64,000 bases of DNA, from positions 309,256,001 through 309,320,000 of the forward strand of contig OZ024743.1 of NCBI GenBank assembly GCA_964016885.1, read 5' to 3'. Source of the DNA: Eledone cirrhosa. Lineage: Eukaryota. This document shows, piece by piece, positions 1-13,400 of the stretch. Made by a program: the position numbers and the translations under genes. The notes under the pieces are model-generated. The model did no database searches, was not told where the DNA came from, and saw only the letters and a list, made by a program, of their open reading frames with translations. Position 1 is the stretch's first letter. Every line of letters starts with the position of its first letter.

Positions 1-168
1 TAAGACGAACCCACAACATACACACGTCAACATACATACCTACATCAGCACACATCTCTACCCACATATAAACACAATGACATACGTAAACACACATGCT
101 CTATGGTGCAACACAAAAAAATATATGTGCATATATGTATGTATATATGTATATATATATATATATAT

Positions 169-778
169 GGTCAGGTCACCACTTGGTGCTACTGGTAACA
201 TGTATCCCAGTACAACCTGTCTCATGGTCGGGTCGTTGGCGACTAAACTGGCAACCCCACCAAGGTTTCTTGGTGAGGAGGGTGACTTTGGACATCCTGC
301 AGGACTAAAAACAAAACCTGTCAAAGGGCAAAGGAGCTCTTAAGAGTCAATGGCCATCCAAAATCACTGGGAGAGATGACCCCTTAGCCTTTGTCAAGGC
401 AGAATTCTAGGAGAAGGAAAACTCTGATATAACACCTGCAACCCTGATGGTATCCAATGATGTTGACTTGTTCTTCTTTTTGGTAAATATCATCTTGGTT
501 AAGAGAGTGGGATTGGCTTTGTGCAGTGCCTTTGCTCACTATAAAAGCATCACGGCACAGGCATTGCTTTATATCTGGAGATCTCTTTGCACTTGTCGTC
601 ACATGGTACCAAGGGCAAAGCACTATGTGTCAATAATTGTCACAAGTGTAGTGTTTGTACCAGAGTTTTCAAGTCGCTGGCTGGACTAAAAAGTCACACT
701 CGTTCAGCGCATCGGTAGGGTTTCTCCTACATGGATATAAAGTAGTGGCCGTACTCGAAAACGAGTTGGCAGCCACCA
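169..778 (+). mobile_element. Non-autonomous bipartite RTE-derived retroposon (~610 bp)
   Basis: Near-identical copies on the minus strand at 27402-27990 and 44093-44435, and a related 5' part at 44820-45012. Contains CTAGGAGAAGGAAAACTCTGAT, which I recognise from RTE 5' UTRs. Ends GAGTTGGCAGCCACCA-(TA)n. No credible ORF. Confidence 0.65.
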
Positions 779-1156
779 TATATATATATATATATAGTGA
801 ATATATGTATGTGTATATATATATAGTGAATATCATTTCACACCTTTTATTGTTAAGATTTTTGATGTTCTATTAAGAGAACCGATTTTACTGAAAAAAT
901 CGAATAATGTACACCATTTTACCAGGGGGAAAAATACTGGTCCACCCACACACACACACACACACATATATACACACACACATACACACGCGTACATCAA
1001 CATACAAAGAGACATATATATACACACACACACACACACACGCACTTCTCCGTATAAGACAAAAGCTGAAAAATATCTTTTCACATGCTAAAATACCCCC
1101 CATTGCTTTCTGACTGACATTCTTACTGACCATCCCTGCCACGATGAATTACTCTG

Positions 1157-1214
<58 letters not shown>

Positions 1215-1283
1215 ATCTTAATAGCCATTTGACACACATCGCTGCTAACCATTATCACAACATCGAACACCTTACTACTACTA

Positions 1284-1339
<56 letters not shown>

Positions 1340-1365
1340 TTGTTGTGAAAGAGTCATTTCTCAAT

Positions 1366-1581
1366 CTTGGCGCAAAACCAATTTTTTATTCACATGACCT
1401 CTACCGACCAATCAAAATTGTTTTGACCACAATAATTTTTGCTGGAGCCACTTTTTTAACATAAAAACAGTCTTGGCGCAAAATCAATTTTTTACATTCA
1501 CATGACCTCTACCGACCAATCAAAATTGTTTTGACCACAAGAATTTTTGTAAATTGGAGCCACTTTTTTAACATAAAAACA
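1366..1581. repeat. Tandem duplication of a ~105-110 bp unit
   Basis: TCTTGGCGCAAAA...TAACATAAAAACAG occurs twice, at 1366-1470 and 1471-1581. Confidence 0.85.
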
Positions 1582-1801
1582 GGTAGAATTCCCAAAACTA
1601 ATCAGATCAGAGCAAACAGCACTGACACTCTATCTCAAAATTATTTTTGAAAAGCATTTAGAAATGCGCAACCGGTAAAAACTTAAAAACTTAAAACCAC
1701 AACTGAATACTAACCCATACAATCACTAATACTCTTTTATTCCTAATTAAACCATTTTTCAACTGTGAACAATTTGTCAGCATTTTCTATTCCGTTTACC
1801 A

Positions 1802-1839
<38 letters not shown>

Positions 1840-1870
1840 AGATATATATATGGATATATATATATATATA

Positions 1871-2200
1871 ATGTAATGGAGATATAAATATAACCTGCAT
1901 AGGAATTCCCGCGAACTCACTGCCTAACCATGGAAATATCTTTTTAAGTCAAACTAAGCCGTACGTTAAAACTATCCACGACTCAGGATAACAAGTTATC
2001 GTTATAGGTAATCCAGTTAGATTTTGTGAGTACTCTGTGTCGTGAATAGTTTTAACGTACGGCTTAGTTTGACTTAAAAAGAAATTTCCATAGTTAGGCA
2101 GTGAGTTCGTGGGAATTCCTATGCAGGTTATACTTATATCTCCTTTACATTATTTACCGCTGACCAAATCCTCAGAATACGAGTGATTCATACATGGCAC
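1871..2200. repeat. Inverted-repeat cassette in (TA)n (PLE pLTR-like)
   Basis: Arms at about 1871-1986 and 2035-2152 are reverse complements with a few mismatches. Flanked by TA tracts. No hammerhead core seen. Confidence 0.75.
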
Positions 2201-2533
2201 GATATATATAGAGAAATAGCATATAATGAAAACAATAACAGCAATAATAAAATATATGATAAGTAGGTAAATAAGTTACAGATGTAAAAGTAAAAATAAG
2301 AAAAAAGATACAGTAAAAAAGTAAGAAAATGAAAAAATAATTAAAAATATAAAGAAATAAGGATAAGTGAGAGCATATAAGTACAGAATATGATAGTGGT
2401 GGTGGTGAGTAAGTGTCCGTTTAAGGATGCTTTAAGATTGGAAGCACTCTACAGTAAAAAATAATATTCCGGAGTTATTAATATTAAAATATAAATATTA
2501 ATAAAATAGATGTTCTTTTGATCAGTTACATTT

Positions 2534-2581
2534 TATTATACATATTTCGGATGTACAACAGTACGTCCTCATCAGACAATA
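2534..2581 (-). ncRNA. Type I hammerhead ribozyme motif
   Basis: Minus strand reads TATTG-T-CTGATGA-GGACGTAC(TGTT)GTACATCC-GAAA-TATG-TA-TAATA: intact core, stem II, a minimal stem III and stem I. Confidence 0.75.
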
Positions 2582-2637
2582 TATAATGATACATGACATA
2601 CCCTGAGATATCTCGGGGTATGTCATGTATCATTATA

Positions 2638-2685
2638 TTTTGTCTGATGAGGACGTACTGTTGTACATCCGAAATATTTATAATA
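2638..2685 (+). ncRNA. Type I hammerhead ribozyme motif
   Basis: TTTTG-T-CTGATGA-GGACGTAC(TGTT)GTACATCC-GAAA-TATT-TA-TAATA. Mirror copy of 2534-2581. Confidence 0.7.
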
Positions 2686-2770
2686 AAATGTAATTAATCA
2701 AAAGAACATCTATTTTATTAATATTTATATTTTAATATATATATTTATATATATATATATATATATACAT

Positions 2771-2906
2771 AGTGGTAGAACACTGGAAGGTAATTTCCGT
2801 AGTGGTAGAGCACTCAGGCCATGGGAAGAGTTAGGTATATATATGAGGATCCGCTAAGGTGAACCAATTTTTCTCGGTATGGTGAGCTAACTGTTGTGTA
2901 ACCACC
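2771..2906. repeat. Fragment of the PLE-like cassette family at 50265-50512
   Basis: The left part is the reverse complement of 50449-50512. The right part (TGAGGATCCGCTAAGGTGAACCAATT...) matches 50384-50450. Confidence 0.75.
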
Positions 2907-2946
2907 TCTCACTCTCTCTCTCTCTCCCCCTCTCTCTCTCTCTCTC

Positions 2947-2998
<52 letters not shown>

Positions 2999-2999
<1 letters not shown>

Positions 3000-3468
3000 C
3001 TAAACTATAATAAAGTAAGGACCGCGGGACTGCGTACGGTTTATAATTTTTTATCCCCTTAGTAAAATAAGTTGGATTACTTTGAATAAATAATGAATGA
3101 ATATTACATAATTTATCTACTAAATTTCGTGGCTGTTCATTAAATATATTTTATTACTTATTTAAGGATTCACTTTTTTAAAATTTTCAAATGTCAACAC
3201 TTCCGGTTAGCGATCGTTTAAATAAATATTCATATATTTCTGCTACTAATTTTCCCCTAATGCAGTTTATATATAATATGTTCTTTTTTTAATGTATCAT
3301 GGATTACGTTACTGATTACAGAAGACAGTGTAACACAGAATTCGTTCAATTTCTGTGTATATTGTCAATTACGGTTTTATTTGATGTATCATATATACTT
3401 GCGTATAATATCAATATACACCCTACACATGCTAGCAGAAACCACCCGTGGTGTAGTTTTTCTGCTAG
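2999..3468 (+). mobile_element. Putative non-autonomous Helitron
   Basis: Starts A|TCTAAACTATAATAAAG and ends TCTGCTAG|T after a subterminal hairpin (ACCAC-CC-GTGGT), matching the Helitron TC...CTAG termini and AT target. Confidence 0.45.
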
Positions 3469-3514
3469 TATGCCTAATATATCCCTACCGATTGTGTTGT
3501 TATTTCTGTTTACC

Positions 3515-3582
<68 letters not shown>

Positions 3583-3879
3583 ACACACACACACACACGC
3601 ACACACACACACACACGTATATATATATATATATTTTAAAGCAACATTTTTTAATATATCCCGCGCAGATAAAAATGTAGGAAACAGAAGTTAGAAATGC
3701 AATTAACGTCTTTAAGAAGGTTTATTTACAACTTATAACTTATAACTTTACTTATAACTTAACTTTTCAATTTATAACTTTACTGGTTTCACAAGTTTCA
3801 TGATTTCCAAAGTTAAGAAAGATGAGGTGATGTGTAGCTATGCTGACTTGTGACTCGCATCTGACTGATGTTGGAGATT

Positions 3880-3947
<68 letters not shown>

Positions 3948-3951
<4 letters not shown>

Positions 3952-4615
3952 ATAATAAAATTGAAGACTAAAATCCAGAGAGGGCTCGATAATATAATTA
4001 TTTATTTATTTGTACACAAGCATACACACATGCACATATTTATATGTGCGTGGTTTTGTATACCTATGGTAAGGTTTTGCGTATGCTTGTGTATGTACGT
4101 ATCTGTTTGCGTGTATGTATTTATTTGTTCCTATTACTTCTGTATTGTATTTATTTACTTTGTTCTTAACTCTGTAGCGGAGATTCATTCGGTCTCCTAG
4201 TTAGAATTTTAGTCTACGACTTCTGCTATACCATTTACGTGGTTTTGTCTTTGCACGCTATTGTTCTCCACGCTCCAGATATGACTTATTATCTTCGTTT
4301 TTTCGTTCATTGCCAGAGAACGTCTCTATGCACCACTTAGAGAACATTAGTCTACGACCTCTTTTATACCATAAACGTGGTTCTGTCCTTGCACGTAATT
4401 GTTTTTCACCGCTCCTATTAATGACGTATTATTCGTTTTTTGCCGTTCTTTGCCAGCAAACGTCACCATGAACCAAAGTATCGTCTTCCTGTCTTCCTCC
4501 GGTTGCAACGTTTTTTGAAATATCCAGTTCTGCGTTTACAGATTGACTTTGTTAGTTTCAGAAGATCCCGTTAAGGGTGAAAGCAGCGATTCTTTGCTTA
4601 AACTTTAATCTGTTA

Positions 4616-4621
<6 letters not shown>
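3948..4621. mobile_element. PLE-like non-coding cassette between (TA)n tracts, with an internal ~140 bp tandem duplication
   Basis: Both ends recur at 62204-62395, 48695-48768 and 24238-24290. The duplicated unit is at about 4208-4335 and 4348-4475. Confidence 0.6.
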
Positions 4622-4664
<43 letters not shown>

Positions 4665-4670
<6 letters not shown>

Positions 4671-5393
4671 AACGTAAAATAAGAAAATTATAAAATTAAC
4701 TTACTTACTAAAATATCACTTCCAACTAATTAGTTTCTGGAATGGAGTAAATATATTTTCCGAAGAAGATATCGAAAAGCATTCCGTCGTCAGGGAAGTC
4801 TATTTTCATCCAAGTTACCAGGCAAAGCGAGGACTCTGGAAACTTATTAAAAAATAATTCAGTGGATAGGAAATAGCAAAGCGTGGACTGCATTCCTAGC
4901 CATTGAGAAAATCACTGCCTCTACGTCTGTGGCAAATTCAAAAAGAATCAATCACGTGACATCGAGGTCAATCAGTGGAAAGTGGTTTGCTAATAAGACG
5001 GCGGCCTACCTACTACCATAGCAGCAGTCATGGCCAATATTGCTCGACAAATAATTTAGAGATAATAATAAAGAATTTATATCTAGTAACATATATATAC
5101 ATACAGTTGCATATCAATGCTAGCAGATATATAGGTTTTGTCTTAGTAACATTGTGGTTCAATGCATGGGGTTGCAGAACAATAATATGAGAAACGTAAA
5201 ATAAGAAAATTATAAAATTAACTTACTTAGTTGGAAGTGATATTTTAGTAAGTAAGTTAATTTTATAATTTTCTTATTTTACGTTTCTCATATTATTGTT
5301 CTGCAACCCCATGCATTGAACCACAATGTTACTAAGACAAAACCTATATATCTGCTAGCATTGATATGCATCTGTATGTATATATATGTTACT

Positions 5394-5395
<2 letters not shown>
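4665..5395. mobile_element. PLE pLTR-like cassette with duplicated tail and inverted arms
   Basis: 4665-4708 is repeated at 5188-5229. 5080-5229 is inverted at 5250-5395. Flanked by (TA)n and contains a hammerhead motif. Confidence 0.7.
4718..4799 (-). ncRNA. Type I hammerhead ribozyme motif with extended stem II
   Basis: Minus strand reads ACTTCC-CTGACGA-CGGAATG(~35 nt)CATTCCA-GAAA-CTAATTAG-TT-GGAAGT: perfect 6 bp stem I and palindromic stem III. Confidence 0.8.
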
Positions 5396-5439
<44 letters not shown>

Positions 5440-5441
<2 letters not shown>

Positions 5442-5645
5442 CGAAGGAAATGTGGTAAGGAACCAGGTGGACCATAACGCACCAAAGTACTCAATACTTA
5501 GGGTAGTAGAGTGGGTAATAGGAACGAGTAGGACCCCGACGGCTGAGCTCAAGCCTTTTCGACGGCTAATTCTGGACTAAGTTAATCCAGAATTAGCCGT
5601 CGAAACAGCTTGAGCTCAACCGTCAGGGTCCAACTCGTTCCTATA
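5440..5645. repeat. Short inverted-repeat cassette family (other copies at 31981-32147 and 48258-48318)
   Basis: Shared ...ATAGGAACGAGTAGGACCCCGACGGCTGAGCTCAAGCC...GGCTAATTCTGGA. Arms at 5518-5577 and 5586-5644. All copies lie in (TA)n. Confidence 0.75.
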
Positions 5646-5654
5646 TATATATAT

Positions 5655-8600
5655 TATTGTTCTTTGAGTCTCAGTCATTGATGTTATTTAACTGGAAAGT
5701 TTGATATTCAGATATTCAGGACGTATCGGAGGGTTCTTGCTGTTCCCAGCAAGCATGCCTTTTGAAGTGTTCCAATAAGCGGGGCGGGACCAATTTTCTT
5801 TAAACATCCTTGGAAACTCATTGAGATAGTACCTAGTGCGCCTATGACAATCGGGACTACTTTGACTTCATGGCAGTTCCAAATCCTTTTTACCTCCCAC
5901 TTTAAGTTCTGGTATCGGTTAATTTTATCCCTCTCCTTCTCTTGCACTCTCGTGTCGAATGGGCAGGCCACATCCACAATCAAACACGATCTTTTTTACT
6001 TGTCCAAAACCACCAGGTCAGGTCTATTGTGTTCCAGTTTCTTGTCCGTCTGTATCCTAAAATCCCACAGCACCTTCACCTGATCGTTTTCTATCACCGA
6101 CTCTGGCTTATGCTCATACCACTTCTCAGAATGTGGTAAATTATTTACTTTGCATAGGTGCCAGTGGATCACCCTGCCCATCACATCATGTCTCCAGCCT
6201 TTATAGTGAGTCTGGGCTAGGTGTTTACACTCGGATACAATGTGAGCCACAGTCTCCTCTCTCTCTCCACAGATCCTGCACAGTGGGCTAGCCTCCACCT
6301 TGTAAATATGGTGTTTCAGCCACTTCGTTTTGAGGGCCTGCTCTTGCGCAGCCATTAGCATCCCTTCTGTAGCCTTTTTAAGGTCTCCTCTTTTCAACCA
6401 GTTCCATGTCTGTGGATATCTAAATTCAGTTTTCTCAAAGAAGGTACTATGAAGGGATTTTTCATGAAGGTTGCTCTTTCTCCTTGTTGTTATTTCCTAC
6501 CTGGACATCCCCTGTTCTATTGTCCTCTCCTTCTGTACAATTCTGAGCATTGGCTCCCTACTATCAGTCACGTATTTGTGTAGGTTGTTTTTCTCCATCT
6601 GAACACAGTTCTCTATGCTGTTAAGACCTCTTCCACCTTCAGATCTCCTTAAGTAGAGTCTATCGACATCACTCCTCTTGTGGAACATGTTGTAGATAGT
6701 CAATAGCTTCCTAGTCTCCCTACCCATTTCTTTTTGTTCAGCAACATTCCATCTCAGAATTCCCGCACTGTACCTAATAATAGGCACATCTCGGGAATTT
6801 ACTGCACTTATCGCATTCCTACTGTTCAGATGTGACTTTAATACGCTCCTTACTCTCCGAATGTATTCAGATCTCATCAATTCCTTCATTTTTTTGTTCT
6901 TGATGTCATCTGCCTCCATAACACCTAAATATTTGTATCCTTCTTCAGTGTCAATTGTTGGTACCTGGATTCCGTTGCTTCTGCTCAATTTACCCCTCTT
7001 CATCACAAGGACTCCACAATTACTAATACCAAATTGCATACATATATCATTGCTGAAAATACGGACAGTGTCAACAAGCACATCCAACTCCTTCTCACTC
7101 TTCCCGAAGAGCTTAAGATCGTCCATGAATAGGAGGTGATTGATGGTAAGCTCTCCCTTTCCCCACTTGCATCCTGCTCTCACTTTTCGCAGTATAATGG
7201 TCAGGGGGCATCAGGGCAAGGACAAGCAACAGAGGGGGAAAACTATCTCCCTGGAAGATACCTCTCTTGATCTTCACGCTTCCCAAGGATTCTCCAGTTG
7301 ATGTTAACTCTGTTTCCCAGGACTTCATACTTTTGCCCAACAACTGTCTGATGTTATCTGCCACCTTGAAGATCTCTAGGCTTTTGGTTATCCAAAAATG
7401 AGGTACCATGTCGAATGCCTTTTTGTAGTCTATCCATCCCATGGCAAGACCAGTGTGTCTCCTCTTGTAATTCCTCATTACCATCTTATCAATAAGTAAC
7501 TGGTCCTTTGTACCACGGGACTTCTTTCGGCATCCTTTCTGTTCGTCCGGTAACAAGTTGTTTATGTGCAGGTGATGGTAGATTTCCTCAGACACAATGC
7601 TTGTTAACAGTTTCCACATTACGGACAGACATGTGATAGGTCTATAGTTGGTAACATCATTACCCTTGGTTCGGTCTTTTATTACCAGAACTGTGGTACC
7701 TTTTGTCAACCACTCTGGTACATCACCTGAGAACAAGCAGTCATTGAACATGGTTGTCAGTTTCGGGTGGAGGGATGTTATATTTTTAATCCAATAACCC
7801 TGCACACCTTCTGGGCCTGGTGATTTCCAGTTGGTTAGTTTTCTGGCCTGCCCCTTAAGAGTTTCAACTTTGATACTCAAATCAGTTTGTTGGTGTGCCT
7901 GTTCACTAATCTCCTTCTGTACTGTCTCAATCCACACTTTTTCCTCCTAGTTTTGTACTTTATTTCCAGTCTATTTTTAGTGTCTATGTTTTGTAGTTTC
8001 CCATTCAGTAGGGACTCAAGCTTTCCAATGTAATTTCTCACTTCCCTGATTTGACCATTCAGTAGTTTCTTCCACCAACGTTCTGATCTTTCTTGTTTGT
8101 TGTTTCCTCTCGCTTTTATGCCAAGTAATTTCCTCACCGCATTTGCTGTTGTTTTGATGATATTGTTGCACTGGTGAAGGTTCCTCGTTTCAAGGTATGG
8201 GATGACATTGTTTACCTTAGCTGTTGTTTCTTTTAATTTTTTCCTGTCTACAAATCTTAGGTTCATAGGTTTCCCACTATCATTGTTCATTTCATCTACC
8301 ACTAAGTTTAGGATATCAACCAAATCTTGTCCTAGCCCGTCAGCATTCATCTCCTCAATGGCTGTATCTCTGTTCCAGGTATTATTTATTTCAGCATTCA
8401 GATCATTGTCTGCTTCGGATGGTTCCTCCGTTCTCTCAACCTCTTCACCTTCATTTCCCACTGGCTCGTTGGCCTGGCCTACTCCACTTTCCATTTCCAA
8501 CCTAATCTCTCTGCTGAGTTTCTCCAGTTCCAGCTCGCTTATCCACCCATTAGTTCTTATTGCCCGGCCAATTTTTGTTCATCTAATTTAAATAGACCAA

Positions 8601-10330
8601 TCTCGTTCCAGATGTTATGCATCCGTTTCCTATAGCCTTTTTCCGTGGGGTTACTCTGCAGGTAACATTGCATAACAGTTCTATTCAATTCTTTCGTCCA
8701 GTTGGTTCTGGTCCCTTTCCTTCTTCTTCTTCCCCCAACACCTGCAGTATTTGGATGACAGCCAGGTCCATGCTGCTGGGCCAGGGAGCACCTGCTTGGT
8801 GAGAGTCTGTCGCATGACATTCCAGTCTCCACTTCACCGTTATTCGAACTGTTTAGGTTCGACATTTAAACACTCATATCGAGGATTGGTGAATGTATGG
8901 TTACATAACCACCGGTGAATTCATCACTCCCAGTGATTTGATAACCCCCGGTGATTTTAGCGTGGCACTATCACGCTGTAGACGAACATAAATAAACAAA
9001 CAAACAGGTAAAAACTTTAACAAATAAACATAAGTTTCATTGTAATGTAATATTTGAATGTGTGACTTAGTTTTTTTGTTTGTTTGTTTGTTTGTTTTTC
9101 TTTTTTTTTACGTGCTGGTTGATTTTTGATTTTTTGATTTTAGCTTCAAGAGAAGTAGGGCTGTTGTGTTCAAAACTTTTGAAATTTATTTCGACTTGTT
9201 GCTTATCATTATTTTTGGATTGGCAGTATCGGTAGAGGGTCGGACGCCATGCTTTCCAGCATAGTTACGTCCCTTTACAATCTGAGATCAAATCCCGCCG
9301 AGGTTGACTTTGCCTTTCATCCTTACGGGGTCGATAAAATAAAGTACCAGTAATGCACTGGGTAATTGCTGGCCTTGTGCCTAAAGTAGAAACAATTATT
9401 TTTATTATCAGCCGAGGTTAACTTTGCCGTCCATCCCCACGGGGTCGACAAGACAAAGCACCAGCAATGCACTGTGCCAAAAGTAGCAACAATTATTATT
9501 ATTATTATATTATACGGGGTCGATAAAACAAAGCACCAGCAATGCACTGGCCAATTGCCGGCCCTGCGCCAAAGAAAGAAAAAAATAGAAACAATTATTA
9601 TTATTATATTATAGTTACGGTCCTTGCCATTCTGAGTTCAAATCCTGCCGAGGTTAACTTTGCCTTTCATCCTTACGGGGTCGATAAAATAAAGTACCAG
9701 TAATGCACTGGGTAATTGCTGGCCTTGTGCCTAAAGTAGAAACAATTATTATATTATAGTTCAGATTTGACATCGTTTAAACTAAACCCTTTGAGGGAGT
9801 TTTAGTGGTACAGCAGCAATAATAATCAGTCTATTTATATCTTTTGAGACCTTCCTCACTTAGTGGTAATACTACTATCCCTCTGTCTTAACAGGGGGTA
9901 GTGGGAGAGAACAGCGGCGGTAGCGATAATGATGCAGTGGTGGTGGTGGTGATGTGATAGTTGTACTGTAGTGATGGTGTTGAAGTAACAGTTAGTTTGG
10001 CTAGATTTTTTTGTGTGGCTGTGGTGATGGTGGCGGCGGCGGTGGTGGTGTTGGTGGTGAAATTATTTGCCTGTTGTTTGTCCACGTAGCCATTTTCCTT
10101 TTTTTGACTATAACATTTCTGATCCAAAACTAAATATTAAATATTAGGACCCTATGCCATAATGTGATGCTTTGTCACTTGCTGAGAATGAAAACTGTAA
10201 TCTTATGTTCCATTTGTAATAAGAATTATTCTATCAAAGTTGTTTTAAATACGTAAAAATCAAAAACTTGCGGCAGCGATTCCATAACACTTTATTCACC
10301 ATGTGCGTCTTCTTGTGGTTAATAAAGAAA
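5655..10330 (-). mobile_element. R4/Dong-like RLE non-LTR retrotransposon, copy A (degraded)
   Basis: Fragmented ORF 8865->5708 with RT motifs (YRPITCL, IDYKKAFDMV, GIFQGDS, LLFMDDLKLF), a CCHC knuckle (CRICGEREETVAHIVSEC) and the RLE (RPDLVV...DVACP). About 240 bp internal deletion at 7937 relative to copy B. The 5' UTR is homologous to copy B and interrupted by SINEs. Confidence 0.9.
9217..9755 (+). mobile_element. Cluster of 4 tandem tRNA-derived SINE copies or fragments
   Basis: A-box-like TGGCAGTATCGGTAGAG, B-box GAGTTCAAATCC, core GCCTTTCATCCTTACGGGGTCGATAAAATAAAGTACCAG and tail AGTAGAAACA(ATT)n, repeated. Confidence 0.8.
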
Positions 10331-10339
10331 ACATTATTA

Positions 10340-10398
<59 letters not shown>

Positions 10399-10404
10399 GT
10401 TGTT

Positions 10405-13400
10405 ATTCCTTGAATCTCAGTCATTGATGTTGGTTAACTGGAAAGTCCGTTGGATTGAATATCAAGCCACTACCTGCAGCCTCAGATATTCAGGACGTAT
10501 CGGAGGGTTCTTGCTGTTCCAAGCAAGCATGCCTTTTGAAGCGTTCCAAAAAAGCGTGAAGGAGCCGATTTTCTTTAACCATCCCTGGAAACTTTTGGAG
10601 ATAGTCCCCAGTGCGCCTATGACAATCGGGATCACTTTGACTTCATGGCAGTTCCAAATCCTTTTCACCTCCCACTTTAGGTCCTGGTATCGGTTAATTT
10701 TCTCCCTCTCCTTCTCTTGCACTCTCGTGTCGAACGGGCAGGCCACATCCACAATCAGACACGATCTTTTTTCTTTGTCCACAACCACCAGGTCAGGTCT
10801 ATTGTGTTCCAGTTTTTTGTCCGTCTGTATCCTAAAATCCCACAGCACCTTCACCTGATTGTTCTCCATCACCGCCTCTGGCCTATGCTCATACCATTTC
10901 TCAGAATGTCGTAAATTGTTTACTTTGCACAGGTGCCAGTAGATCACCCTGCCCATCACATCGTGTCTCCAGCCCTTATAGTGGGTCTGGGCTAGGTGTT
11001 TACACTCGGACACAATGTGAGCCACAGTCTCCTCTCTCTCTCTCCACAGATCCTGCACAGTGGGCTAGCCTCCTCCTTGTAAATATGGTGCTTCAGCCAC
11101 TTCGTTTTGAGGGCCTGCTCCTGCGCAGCCATTAGCATTCCTTCTGTAGCCTTTTTGAGGTCTCCTCTTGTCAACCAGTTCCATGTCTGTGGATCTCTAA
11201 ATTCAGTTTTCTCAAAGAAGGTACTATGAAGGGATTTTCCCTTAAGGCTGCTCTTCCTCCTTGATGTTATTTCCTCCTTGGACATCCCCTGGCCCACTGT
11301 CCCCTCCTTCAGTACAGTTCTGAGCATTGGCTCCTTACTATAGGTCACGTATTTGTATAGGTTGTTTTTCTCCATCTGAACACAGTCCTCTATGCTGATA
11401 AGACCTCTTCCACCCTCAGATCTCATTAGGTAGAGTCTATCGACATCACTCCTCTTGTGGAACATGTTGTAGATAGTCAATAGCTTCCTAGTCTTCCTAT
11501 CCATTTCGTTTTGTTCAGCAACATTCCATCTCAGAATTCCCGCACTGTACCTAATAATAGACACAGCTCGGGAATTTACTGCGCTTATGGCATTTCTGCT
11601 GTACAGATGTGACTTCAATACGCTCCTTACTCTCCGAATGTATTCAGTTCTTAACAATTCCTTCATTTTTTTGTTCTTTATGCCATCAGCCTCCAGAACG
11701 CCCAAATACTTGTATCCTTCCTCAGAGTCAATTTCCTTTATCATCTCACCTGTTGGTATCTGGATCCCGTTACTTCTGCTCAACCTACCCCTCCTCATCA
11801 CAATGACTCCACATTTACCAATACCAAACTGCATACATATATCACTGCTGAAAATACGGACAGTGTCAACAAGCACATCCAACTCCTTCTCACTTTTCCC
11901 GAAGAGCTTAAGATCGTCCATGAAGAGGAGGTGATTGATGGTAAGCTCTCCCCTTCCCAACTTGTATCCTGCTCTCACTTTTCGCAATATAATGGTCAAG
12001 GGCATCAGGGCAAGGACAAACAACAGAGGGGACAGGCTATCTCCCTGGAAGATACCTCTCTTGATCTTCACGCTTCCCAAGGATTCTCCAGTTGATGTCA
12101 ACTCTGTCTCCCAGGACCCCATACTCCTGCCTAGCAACTGTCTGATGTTATCTGCCACCCTGAAGATCTCCAGGCTTTTGGTGATCCAAGAATGAGGCAC
12201 CATGTCAAATGCCTTTCTGTAGTCTATCCATCCCATGGCAAGATCAGTGTGTCTCCTCCTGCAATTCCCCATTACCATCTTATCAATAAGTAACTGGTCC
12301 TTTGTACCACTTGACTTCTTTCGGCATCCTTTCTGTTCGTCCGGTAACAAGTTGTTTGTGTGGTGGTGATGGTAGATTTCCTCAGACACAATGCTCGTCA
12401 ACAGTTTCCACATTACGGACAGACATGTGATAGGTCTATAGTTGGTAACATCATTACCCTTGATTCGGTCTTTCATTATCAGAACTGTGGTACCTTTTGT
12501 CAACCACTCTGGCACCTCACCCGACACCAAGCAGTCATTGAACATGGCCGTCAGCTTCGGGTGGAGGGATGTTAAATGTTTAATCCAATACCCCTGCACA
12601 CCATCTGGGCCTGGTGATTTCCAGTTGGTTAGTTTTTTGGCCTGCCCCTTAAGAGTTTCAACTGTGATACTCAAATCAGTTTGTTGTTGTGCCTGCTCAC
12701 CGATCTCCCTCTGTACTGTCTCAATCCACCCTGCCTGGACATTATGTCTAACATCCTGCTCCCATATTCCTCTCCAGAATGTTTTAGTTTGCTCCGCCTC
12801 AGGGATCAAGTCGTTGCCTCTTTCTTTCCCCTCAAGCTGTCCAAACAGCATCTTCTGGTTGTTGTCGAACATGCGGTTCTGTTTATACTGACTGACTCTG
12901 TTCTCGTATCGCCTGATTTTTGCACTCTTTGCTACAATGCGTTGCTTCAGTTCCTCTATGATAATATTTAGCTTTTTCCTCCTAGTTTTGTATTTTATTT
13001 CCAGTCTATTTTTAGTGCCTATGTTTTTTAGTGTCCCATTCAGTAGTGACTCAAGCTTTCCTATGTCATTTCTCATTTCCCCGATTTGCCCACCCAGTCG
13101 CTTCTTCCACCACGGCTCTGCTCTTTCTTGTCTGTTGTTTCCTCTCGCTTTTATACCAAGTAGTTTCCTCACCGTATTTGCTGTTGCTTTGAGGATATTG
13201 TTGCACTGGTGAAGGCTCCTCGCCTCAAGGTATGGGATGACTTTGTTTACCTTAGCTGTTGTTTCTTTTAACTTTTTCCTGTCTACAAATCTTAGGTTCA
13301 TAGGTCTCCCACTATCATTGTTCAATTCATCTACCACTAAATTTAGGATGTCAACCGAATCTTGTCCTAGCCCGTCAGCATTCATCTCCTCAGTGGCCGT

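Larger units (their letters stand above)
2481..2738. repeat. Spacerless palindrome (~130 bp arms) carrying two hammerhead motifs
   Basis: Centre GAGATATCTC at about 2610. The arms are reverse complements and the right arm runs into (TA)n. Confidence 0.85.

Noticed and set aside
9217-9755. Repeated ~40 bp motifs resembling a CRISPR array or tRNA genes
   Set aside because: They are tandem SINE fragments with no unique spacers, no cas genes and no complete cloverleaf, in a eukaryotic context.
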